A stretch of 64,000 bases of DNA, taken from Candidatus Aminicenantes bacterium (lineage in GTDB: Bacteria; Acidobacteriota; Aminicenantia; Aminicenantales; JAFGBC01). The stretch covers positions 224,001 to 288,000 of the forward strand of contig OY969696.1 of the NCBI GenBank assembly GCA_963702005.1. Direction: 5' to 3'. How positions within the stretch are numbered: position 1 is the stretch's first letter; each line of letters opens with the position of its first letter. Shown here piece after piece: positions 49,643-58,140 of the stretch. Both the position numbers and the translations under genes were made by a program. The notes under the pieces are model-generated. The model ran no database searches and was not told where the DNA came from. It was given only the letters and a program-made list of their open reading frames with translations.

Positions 49643-49960
49643 TTAAACGCAGCCGACCGGCTTGGGCAACCCGGCGATCTTAGCCGATTTCTTAGCCGGC
49701 CCGCCGGGAAAAATCTCGTAGAGCTCCTTGGTGCCGATGACGCCGGTCTTGTTGAGCCTGCGGACGGTCGGGACCGCGCCGTTCTCCTTGAAGTCCCTCT
49801 GCATGAACTCGATAACCTTCCAGTGGGAGGGCGTCAGGACCGGGATCCCTTCCTCGCGGGCGATCGCTTCGGCGATCTCCCGCGTCCACTGGGAGACGTT
49901 CGTCATGAAGCCCTCGGCGTCGACCTCGACGGGACTTCCTCCGTATGTCTTCTGGGGAAT
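49643..49960 (-). CDS. tusE: TusE/DsrC-family sulfur relay protein (apparent ATT start)
   Basis: VDAEGFM, W...IA, LTPSHWKVI, FPGGPAK, AGLPKPVGCV; AAGGAGG 5 nt before ATT. Confidence 0.88.
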   Translation of the reverse strand: MPQKTYGGSPVEVDAEGFMTNVSQWTREIAEAIAREEGIPVLTPSHWKVIEFMQRDFKENGAVPTVRRLNKTGVIGTKELYEIFPGGPAKKSAKIAGLPKPVGCV

Positions 49961-49982
49961 GGGAACCTCCTTGGAAGGATGA

Positions 49983-51233
49983 TTAGGTCGCGGGGCCCTT
50001 TTTACCGGCCAGGCGCATCCGGGCCGGGATAAAGGGGAGGGGGCCCGCCTTGAGCAGCATATGCCAATAGACCCAGCGGAAAGCGAGCTTCCCGACGTGG
50101 TTGAGCCGGCTCTCCTTGAGAAGGGGAAGAGGGCCGAGGACCGGGAACGGGAAGCGGCCGGGAAGCGGCTCGACTTCGTAGTTGTAATCGATCAGGAAGG
50201 CCCGGCCCCGCCCGCTTTCGATGAAACAATTGACGTGTCCGTCGAATCCGGGTTCGAGCTCTTTGCCTTCGATCGTCCTCAGCACATTGGCGGCGATCGT
50301 TTCGGACTGGAAGTGGGCAACCGAACCCGCCTTGGAGGCCGGGGCGTTCGAGGCGTCGCCGATGACGAAGATGTCGGGGTGAACCTTGGAGCGGAGCGTC
50401 CGGGGATCGACCGGGACGAAGCGGAGCTCGTCGCCCAGGCCGGAGCGCTCGATGAAGTCGGCGCCCATATTGGTCGGGACCGTGACCAAGAGGTCGTAAG
50501 GGACCTCGCGGCCGTCGTAGGAGATGATCTTACGGGCGGCCGGGTCGATGCGCTCGGCGCCGAAGTCCGAGACGACCCGGATGCCGCGTTCCTCGAGGAG
50601 GCCGCCCAGGACGCGGGAAGCGACCGGCTTGGTGAAGGCTCCGGCCAGGGGCGTCACCAGGGTGATGTCCACCCCTTCCCGCATCTTGCGCCGGGAGAAG
50701 TGCCAGTCGGCGAGGAGGGCGAATTCGAGGGGCGCGACGGGGCACTTGATCGGCATCTCGTTGAGGTGTACGACCAGGGAGCCGCCGGGAAAGACCTCCA
50801 AGGCCCGGGCCAGGGCTTCGCTGCCCTCGGGTGTATAGAAGTCGAAGATCGTGTCGCGCCAGCCGTCCGCGAGCCCGGCCGTCTCCCCGGGGACTATCTC
50901 CGCTCCGGTCGCGATGATGAGGATGTCGTAGGGAAGGGTTCGCCCGTCCTCGAGGAGGACGGATTTCGCGGCGGCGTCGATCCGCTCGACCCCGGACAGG
51001 ACGAACTCGACGCCCTTGGGCAGGAACCGGGTCCGGTCCTTGACGAGCTGGGAGCGCTCCAAGAGACCGAAGGGGACGAATAGAAAACCCGGCTGGTAGT
51101 AATGGTCCGTGTCCCTGTCGACGACGGTGATTGTCCAGTCGGAGCGGCCGGCGCGTCCGTCCAGCCGTTTGCTCAGCAGGTTGGCCATGATCGTGCCGCC
51201 CGTCCCTGCTCCCAAAATGAGGAGTTTCTTCAT
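49983..51233 (-). CDS. sqr: Sulfide:quinone oxidoreductase-like flavoprotein
   Basis: LGAGTGG, HYYQPG, IKCPVAPLE, IGDA, SKAGSVAH, DGHVNCF. Confidence 0.87.
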   Translation of the reverse strand: MKKLLILGAGTGGTIMANLLSKRLDGRAGRSDWTITVVDRDTDHYYQPGFLFVPFGLLERSQLVKDRTRFLPKGVEFVLSGVERIDAAAKSVLLEDGRTLPYDILIIATGAEIVPGETAGLADGWRDTIFDFYTPEGSEALARALEVFPGGSLVVHLNEMPIKCPVAPLEFALLADWHFSRRKMREGVDITLVTPLAGAFTKPVASRVLGGLLEERGIRVVSDFGAERIDPAARKIISYDGREVPYDLLVTVPTNMGADFIERSGLGDELRFVPVDPRTLRSKVHPDIFVIGDASNAPASKAGSVAHFQSETIAANVLRTIEGKELEPGFDGHVNCFIESGRGRAFLIDYNYEVEPLPGRFPFPVLGPLPLLKESRLNHVGKLAFRWVYWHMLLKAGPLPFIPARMRLAGKKGPAT

Positions 51234-51317
51234 TTAATTTTAAACCTTACGAATACTATCGAATATATGTGTCTATGTCAACGGACGACGAAGGAAACAG
51301 GTCGCGCGTTCCCGGAA

Positions 51318-52427
51318 TCAGGGCTTGAAGACTTCGCTGCGAAGGGCCGCCTTCCTGATCCGTTTCTCGACCGGGAAGACCCCGATCCCGGCTTCGGTCG
51401 GCACCTTGATCGTCCCCGGACCGCTGAGCTCGATGAAGGGATCGATGAGGTCCTCTTTATAGTAGCGGCGGCTCGCCGAGAGGTCGTGGGGAAGCTTGAA
51501 ATTGGGGAGGGCGGCGATATGCAGGTTGTGGGCCCTTCCTACTCCGGACTCGAGCATGCCGCCGCACCAGACGGGGACGCCTTTCTCCTGGCAGTGGTCG
51601 TGAATGCGGCGGGCCTCGACGAACCCGCCCACCCGGCCGACCTTGATATTGATGATCCGGCAGCTCCCCATCTCGAGCGCGGCCCGGGCCGTGGCCAGGG
51701 AAAGAATACTCTCGTCCAGACAGAGGGGCGTCTGCATCTCTTTCTGGAGCTTGGCGTGCTCCCAGAGGTCGTAGGGCGGGAAGGGCTGCTCGACGAGAAG
51801 GAGGTTGAAGGCGTCGAGCTCTTTGAGACGGGGGAGATCGGCCGGGCTGTAGGCGCCGTTGGCGTCGACCTGGAGAATGACGTCCGGGTATTTCGCGCGC
51901 ACGGCCGCGCAGGCCTCGACGTCCCAGCCCGGCTTGATCTTGATCTTGATCCGCCGGTAGCCTTCGGCCAGATAAGCGCCGATCCTGGTCTGGAGCTCGG
52001 GGATGGAATCCTCGATCCCGCAGCTGACGCCGGCCTCGACTTCGCTCCGGACGCCGCCGTAGATTTTGGACAGGGACACGTTCATCCGCCGCGCCTTGAG
52101 GTCCCAGAAGGCCAGTTCGAGCCCGGCCTTGGCCATCAGGTTGCCCCGAAAGCGGCGGGCTTCGCGCTCGAAGTCCTCGGGCTCCTCGATCTTTTTGGAG
52201 AAGACGAGCGGGACTAGGAAGTCCTTAAGGACGTGCCAAGCGCCTTCGGTCGTCTCGCCGCTGTAGAGCGGGGCTCGCTCGGCCACGACCTCGCCCCAGC
52301 CGCAGAGGCCGTCCGCGTAGACGCGGGCCAGGATGAAGGTCCGGTCATACTCCCGGCCAAAGCTCGTCTCGAAGAAATGGACGTAGGGCAGCTTGCAGAG
52401 GGTCAACTCGATGCGTTCGACGGTCAC
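51318..52427 (-). CDS. menC: o-succinylbenzoate synthase / N-succinylamino acid racemase
   Basis: FETSFG, RIKIKIKPG, QVDAN, VEQP, CLDES, NIKVGRVGG, WCGGMLE. Confidence 0.9.
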   Translation of the reverse strand: MTVERIELTLCKLPYVHFFETSFGREYDRTFILARVYADGLCGWGEVVAERAPLYSGETTEGAWHVLKDFLVPLVFSKKIEEPEDFEREARRFRGNLMAKAGLELAFWDLKARRMNVSLSKIYGGVRSEVEAGVSCGIEDSIPELQTRIGAYLAEGYRRIKIKIKPGWDVEACAAVRAKYPDVILQVDANGAYSPADLPRLKELDAFNLLLVEQPFPPYDLWEHAKLQKEMQTPLCLDESILSLATARAALEMGSCRIINIKVGRVGGFVEARRIHDHCQEKGVPVWCGGMLESGVGRAHNLHIAALPNFKLPHDLSASRRYYKEDLIDPFIELSGPGTIKVPTEAGIGVFPVEKRIRKAALRSEVFKP

Positions 52428-52431
52428 GGCC

Positions 52432-53253
52432 TCATCCTTTCCGGTCCCTGCGCAGGACATAATAACAGCGGTCGCCGAATATAAAGTCGTCCGCGATCCA
52501 GCCCCGCTTGAAATAGCTCTTGAGGACCGTCCTGAGGACCGACTGCCAGGCGGCGATGAGATCCGAACGGGGCTTGAGCGCCTTGATGTTGCCGGGAACC
52601 TCGGCCAAGAGGACGCGGTCCTTCAATCTCATCCGCGGCTTTCCCGGAAGCGGGAAGGGATCGCCGCTCTCGACCGCCCGCTCCAGCGCTTTGGGCAGGG
52701 CCTCCGCCTCGCAGCGCTCGCGCTTCCTGTCCAACCTGTCCCGGCCCCGTCCGGCTTTGATCCGCCATTCGACAAGGAGCCGGTCGGTCGGGATCTCCGG
52801 CCCCAAGCACAGGGACGGCGTGAACCCGTAGAAATTGTCGAGGTAGGTCCGGCTCCGGACGCCCAAGGTGTGGAGGTTGAGGTTCGCGTTCCGGGCCAGC
52901 ATCGGATCGTAAGTCCAGGTGATCAGATCCAGGCCCTGCCTGAGGGCTTCACGCCGCTGGGCCCATTTGAGCTTTTTCCCCAGCCCGTACCCCTGGAAGG
53001 CCGGAAGCACGGCCAAGTGATGGGAATGCTGGAAGAGCCGTCCGCGCCGGACGGCCGGAAAAGAATAGACATAGCCGACCAGGGCGCCGTCGACGAAAGC
53101 CCCGAGCAGGATGGCGCCCATCAGCGCGTGAATACAGAATTGGTGGACGGGCGTCAGGTCCAGCTCGTCGCGCCCCCAGATTTCGCGTTGGATGTCCAGA
53201 AGCCGCTCGAACTCGGCTTGGTTTTCGAGCTTCCGGATGCTTAGGTTAGCCAT
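52432..53253 (-). CDS. GNAT acyltransferase (N-succinyltransferase-like)
   Basis: HSHHLAV, QGYGLG, WTYDPMLARNANLN, TDRLLVEW. Confidence 0.88.
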   Translation of the reverse strand: MANLSIRKLENQAEFERLLDIQREIWGRDELDLTPVHQFCIHALMGAILLGAFVDGALVGYVYSFPAVRRGRLFQHSHHLAVLPAFQGYGLGKKLKWAQRREALRQGLDLITWTYDPMLARNANLNLHTLGVRSRTYLDNFYGFTPSLCLGPEIPTDRLLVEWRIKAGRGRDRLDRKRERCEAEALPKALERAVESGDPFPLPGKPRMRLKDRVLLAEVPGNIKALKPRSDLIAAWQSVLRTVLKSYFKRGWIADDFIFGDRCYYVLRRDRKG

Positions 53254-54346
53254 CCAGTCTGATCCTCTTCCGGCCGGCGATGCGCTCGTAGACGCCGATG
53301 ATTCGCTCGGCCATGGCTTCGGCCGAGAATTTTTCGTGGACGACTCGAAAGCCCCGTTCGCCGAGCGCTGCGGCGAGGCTCCGGTCGTGATAGAGCTTGA
53401 GGACGGCCTCGGCCAGGGCCGCCGGACTCCGGGGCGGGACGAGCAGGCCGGTCTCTCTATGAATGACGACCTCGGGAATCCCGCCGGCGCGGGTAGCCAC
53501 GACCGGCAGCTTGGCCGCCATGGCGTCCATGATCGAGCTCCCCAGACCCTCCAGGTGGGAGGACATCACGAACAAGTCCAGCGAGGCCAGGAGGCGGGGG
53601 ACGTCGTCCCGGAAGCCGAGGAAGAAAACGAGGTCCTCGACGCCGAGGTCCTGGACCTGGCGGGTCAGCTCCATCTCGAGCGAGCCCGAACCGACGACGA
53701 TGAGCTTGACCCGGGGCGTTTCTTTCTTGATGATCCGGGCCGCCTCGATGAGGTAGCGGTGGCCCTTGTGGTCCTCCAGCTGGGCGACAATCCCAACCAG
53801 AAAATCGTCGGGACGGAAACGGAGCTCCCGGCGCAGGAAGTCGCGGTCGGCGGCCTCCCGGAACGGCGCGAAGTCGACGCCCGAAGGGATGACCTCGATA
53901 AGCTTGGCCGGGACGCCGCCCTTGACCAAGATTCTCTTGACCTCGTCCGAGATGGCGATGACGGCGTCGATGTTTTTGATGTACTTCCGCCGGGACTTGA
54001 CCGGGAAGTCGACGCGGCGGGAGACGATCCGGACCGGAACCTTGGCCAGGGCGGCCGCCGCCTTTCCGATCGAAACGGCGTGGGCGTCGTGGAAATGGGC
54101 GACCCGGCAGCCGAGCTTGCTCATGGCCCGGCCGAGCTTGAGCACGGCCAGGAGGTCGAGCTCGCTCCTCATCCGGAGGGGCAGCACGGACAGGCCCTCG
54201 GCCGACGCTTTTTGATGGAGGGGGCTTCCCGGCTGGCAGACGAGCCGGAAGGAGCGCCCCCCGGCCTTGAGGGCGCGGGCCAGAAACAGGACCTGGCGCT
54301 GGCCGCCCCGCCATTCCTTCCCGGCGTCAATCTGGAAAAGGCTCAA
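53246..54346 (-). CDS. Glycosyltransferase family 4
   Basis: WRGGQRQV, HKGH, FLGFRDDV, EGLGSSIMDAMA. Confidence 0.92.
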   Translation of the reverse strand: MSLFQIDAGKEWRGGQRQVLFLARALKAGGRSFRLVCQPGSPLHQKASAEGLSVLPLRMRSELDLLAVLKLGRAMSKLGCRVAHFHDAHAVSIGKAAAALAKVPVRIVSRRVDFPVKSRRKYIKNIDAVIAISDEVKRILVKGGVPAKLIEVIPSGVDFAPFREAADRDFLRRELRFRPDDFLVGIVAQLEDHKGHRYLIEAARIIKKETPRVKLIVVGSGSLEMELTRQVQDLGVEDLVFFLGFRDDVPRLLASLDLFVMSSHLEGLGSSIMDAMAAKLPVVATRAGGIPEVVIHRETGLLVPPRSPAALAEAVLKLYHDRSLAAALGERGFRVVHEKFSAEAMAERIIGVYERIAGRKRIRLDG

Positions 54347-55106
54347 TCCGCTCTCCTTTCTTCCAGATCTCGCGGAGCTTGGCATAGCGGGCGAACACGG
54401 CATACCCGTTGAGGACCGAAATGACGAGGCCGGGGAATCCGTCCAGGAACCCGCGCTTGAGGAAATAAGATTTAACGAACCGGGCCGGCGGGAGAAAGAT
54501 CAGGTGAGCGGCCCGGCATTTCTTCTTCTTGGCGTAGAGCTTTTGGGCGCCCAGGCTGGAAAATTTGTTGATCCGCTCCAGGTGGTCGGCGATGTCCCGG
54601 TAGCTTAAATGATAAACGTCGCCCTTGAGCCTCTCGATCCGGCCGGCCACGATCAGACTCTCGTGGACGTAGTCCCCCTCCCAGCGGGCCGCTTCTTTGC
54701 GGAAGAGCCGGACCCTGCGGTCGGGATACCAGCCCGAATGCCTGATCCAGCGGCCGAGGTAGAAGACGCGGCGCGGCATCGAGAATCCGGCGCAGCCGGG
54801 CTCCTTGAAGGCCGCTTTCAGAGCCAGGAGCTCCTCGCGAAGGCCGGGCGAGAGCCGTTCGTCGGCGTCCAGGGACAGGATCCAGGGGCCGGCGGCCAGG
54901 CCGTTCGCGTAATTTTTCTGGTCCGCGTAGTTCGTCCAGGTCCGCTGGACGACGCGCGGGGTGTGCTTCTTGGCGATCCGGAAGGTCGCGTCGGTCGAGA
55001 AGCTGTCGACGACGACGACCTCGGAGACGATCCCCCGCAGGCTGCCGAGGGCGGCCTCGAGGTTCTTCTCCTCGTTGTAGGTGATGACGACCGCCGATAT
55101 CTCCAC
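54327..55106 (-). CDS. Glycosyltransferase family 2 (WaaE/KdtX-like)
   Basis: ITYNEE, VDSFSTD, QKN, LDADE, YPD...RLF, VHE, GFLDG. Confidence 0.93.
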   Translation of the reverse strand: MEISAVVITYNEEKNLEAALGSLRGIVSEVVVVDSFSTDATFRIAKKHTPRVVQRTWTNYADQKNYANGLAAGPWILSLDADERLSPGLREELLALKAAFKEPGCAGFSMPRRVFYLGRWIRHSGWYPDRRVRLFRKEAARWEGDYVHESLIVAGRIERLKGDVYHLSYRDIADHLERINKFSSLGAQKLYAKKKKCRAAHLIFLPPARFVKSYFLKRGFLDGFPGLVISVLNGYAVFARYAKLREIWKKGERIEPFPD

Positions 55107-55145
55107 GGCGGCATCTTATCACAGGCTAAAATTTCAAATCAAACG

Positions 55146-56470
55146 TCACTTGACCCAATCGGGGAACGTGCTGAGGGTGCTCAATCCCGCGTAGGGAGAG
55201 GACATGTATTCAAGGTTGTTGACGACGGCCAGAAGCCCGCGTTCTTTTTGTAGAGGTTCGTCGTATGAATTCTCGACAGGAACAGCTGCGGCGTCCCTGT
55301 CGCATCGGAAGCGACGATTGGGGTGAAAGCGTCGAACTCGGAATATGTGATATAGGCCGGGTCATAACTGAAGGCATGGACCAGGTTGCCCAGAGTCAGC
55401 TTTTTGGTCTGGACGGGGACGCCTCCGTAATTGAGACGGACCAGGCTGAAGGTATGCTTATCCTTTTCCAGCCTCCGTTGGGCCTCGGGAATCTCCTTGG
55501 TTTTCTTGATGAAAAGCCATAGGTCCGTCTTCGATCCGGGATAGGGCGCCAGCCAGAGCTCCCCGTACCAAGTTAAAGGATCCTTGACGGATTCGATCTC
55601 GGTCAGATAAACGGAATGCGAGGCGTCGCCGCTGACCGCAAGAACCAGGGCTTCGTGAAGATAGAGGTCGTCCCAGCTGCCCGGGCTGCTGTAAACAGAG
55701 TCCGCGACCGGAACCAGCCAATACGACCCATTCCAGACGGGGCGATAAACATCGCAGAAGATAAAGCTCCCGTCACCCAGGACGGGCAGGAAGACGGGAG
55801 CGCCCGTGCGCCCTCCGGTCTGGAGATCGGCCTCGACGAAATAGGATAAAGATTTCCGCATCCGCCAGGGCGAGACGTCGTTGATGCCGACGCTGAAAAC
55901 GACTCCGATGACGTCTCCCCGGTTGCAGGCGAACAGGTCCGATCCGCCCAAGTACGTGCCTTTCGGGGTCGTCGTCCTCCAGATCTCTTTCCAGGCGCTC
56001 GTCCGCTGCCCGGTCGCCCCGAACTTGGCGACTCGAACCGTCACCGTCGACCATTCAGGATTGGAATGGTCTTCCTCGAAGAAGACGTAAACGAGGCCGT
56101 ATCCACCGGCGGCGGACGGGCCGGAGCCCGAGGCCGCGATCCAGAGCGCGGCGGCGTTGCGGGGCGACCCCATCCCCGAGCCGAACGTCCGCGAAGAAGA
56201 ACAGGCGCCGGTCTTGGACAGCTGGAAACTCAGCAAGCTCGCGGGGCCGCCGGACGCGCTCTTGTTGACGGCGAAAGCGACGCACGAGGATTCCGAAACC
56301 GGGGCCATGTCCAGGATCCCTTTGAAGACGCTGAAACCCGTCGGGGCGAGCGTCTTAAGCGGGTAGGGAGGCGCGACGCCGTCCCGAGATCCGGCTGGGG
56401 CGCCCGCCCGGGCTGAAACAAGCCATCCGGCCGATAACAAAAGACAAATCGCCACGCGGTTTTTCTTCAC
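55146..56470 (-). pseudogene. Secreted paralog 1 of tandem array, frameshifted by a 3' internal deletion
   Basis: ORF ends at 55181, but homologous tail GLLAVVNNLEYMSSPYAGLSTLSTFPDWVK* continues in another frame to 55146. Confidence 0.75.
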
Positions 56471-56518
56471 GGCGCTCCTCCTCCCTTCTCGATGATCATG
56501 ATATGGCGCCACCCTTTT

Positions 56519-57958
56519 TCAATAATTGAACAGCGCCAAGTAGTTGTCCCAGGGGTAGGGCGATGGGATGTGGTAAGCGCAATTGACGACGCCGATCGGC
56601 CCGCCCGGAAAGATATCAATCCAGGGCCGGAACAGGTTGATCTTATCCCAGACATGAACGGTTCGCGCCCTGTGCCCGGCGGCACCGGTCAGGGGATTGA
56701 CGGCGTAAAAATCAACCTCTTGCTCGTACTTCTCATCCCCCGAGTTTTCCTTCAAAAGTTCAACAGTACGGGCCCGGGATATATAAATCGTCCCGTCCTT
56801 GGCCAGACACTCCGACAGGTAATCGTATTCCCACCAGAGCTTGTAGGCGGCATCGTAGACGAGCTTGTGGACGGGAGCCGGCAGGGAAACGGCCACGCTA
56901 TTGACGAGTTGGCCGCGGATGTCGAGCCGTTTCAGAGAGAAATCGTATTTGAACAAGTCCAGTTTTTGCTGACTTTTCGGAATCAGCGTCCTGTGCCTGA
57001 CGAACATCAACATGTCGGCGTCGGATTCGGGATGGCGCGTCAGGCAGAGATCATAGGTCCCCGCCGAGATGACCTTATCCGTCGCGATCTCGTTCATGAC
57101 GGCCGTATGGGTCTCTCCGCCCGAGACGACATAGACCAAAGCCTTATTCTCCAGGATATCTTTCCAATCCCCATTGGGTTTATACGCCGTAGTCGCCGCG
57201 GGAACCAGCCACGAGGTCCCGTTCCAGCCCGGCGCAAATCCCAGGCCGTAGATGTCCCGGCCGTTCTTGGGCAGCGGAAGTTGCTTGGCGCCTCCGATCA
57301 GGCCGCCGTCCGCGGCTGCGGCTTCCAGAAAATAGATCAGCGATTTCGGACTGTACCCGCTGTGCTTCTGGAGACACAACGTGGGAACGACCCCGACCGA
57401 CTTGCCTCTGCGGAGGGCGAATAAGGCCTCCTCGCAGATGTACCATCCTTTGGGCGTGGTCGCCTTGAGGATTTGTGTCCAGCCGCCGACGACTCCTCCC
57501 GATGAATTGAATTTCGCGACAGAGACAGTGGCCGTGTCGGTGGACTTCCCCCAGGTCTCGGACAGGACGAACACAAGCCCATAAGGTCCGGCGGCCCGAT
57601 CACCGGAGACGCCGTCGTCAATCCAAACGCAGGCGGCGGCCCGGGGATTTATCCCGGCCGCGATCGTCCGCGGCGAGGAACAGACACCCTCCTTAGACAG
57701 GGAATAGCTGACCAGGGAATAATTCCCTGTTTTTTCGTCCTTATTCCGGGCGAAGGCGATCCCTTTGTCGGCGGACACCGGAACCCAGTCCCAAATCCCC
57801 TGGTAGACGGAGAATCCCTTGGGAACGATCTTAATCAGCGGATAAGAGAGGACGGCGTAGGATGGAACGGCGCCGGCCGGAGTCGTCCGGACGGCCGCCC
57901 ACCCGCCCCAGCCCGCCAGGACGACGGCCAGGGCTCCGCAAAGAATCGGTCGCCTCAT
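56519..57958 (-). CDS. Secreted paralog 2 of tandem array (unknown function)
   Basis: RBS AAGGAGG, signal peptide; PKGFSVYQGIWDWVPVS, PGWNGTSWLVP, FPGGPIGVVN; in-frame second start at 58009. Confidence 0.8.
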   Translation of the reverse strand: MRRPILCGALAVVLAGWGGWAAVRTTPAGAVPSYAVLSYPLIKIVPKGFSVYQGIWDWVPVSADKGIAFARNKDEKTGNYSLVSYSLSKEGVCSSPRTIAAGINPRAAACVWIDDGVSGDRAAGPYGLVFVLSETWGKSTDTATVSVAKFNSSGGVVGGWTQILKATTPKGWYICEEALFALRRGKSVGVVPTLCLQKHSGYSPKSLIYFLEAAAADGGLIGGAKQLPLPKNGRDIYGLGFAPGWNGTSWLVPAATTAYKPNGDWKDILENKALVYVVSGGETHTAVMNEIATDKVISAGTYDLCLTRHPESDADMLMFVRHRTLIPKSQQKLDLFKYDFSLKRLDIRGQLVNSVAVSLPAPVHKLVYDAAYKLWWEYDYLSECLAKDGTIYISRARTVELLKENSGDEKYEQEVDFYAVNPLTGAAGHRARTVHVWDKINLFRPWIDIFPGGPIGVVNCAYHIPSPYPWDNYLALFNY

Positions 57959-58140
57959 GGCTGACCTCCTTAGGATCAGGACAGCGATCCCGCCCAGACG
58001 ATTTTTCATTTCCGCCTCCCTCCTTCGAATCGTGTGAGTCAAACCCGCGACTCCGGGCCTCGAAAGGCGGCACCCATGGCTTCCATGAGCGCTGCAAGGC
58101 GGGCTCGGCGCCGGCGAACGGCCGGGACCGATCTCCCCGT

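Noticed and set aside
58030-58140. Intergenic hairpins as a riboswitch upstream of paralog 2
   Set aside because: A stem is present but no recognisable aptamer consensus; GC-rich pairing is expected by chance
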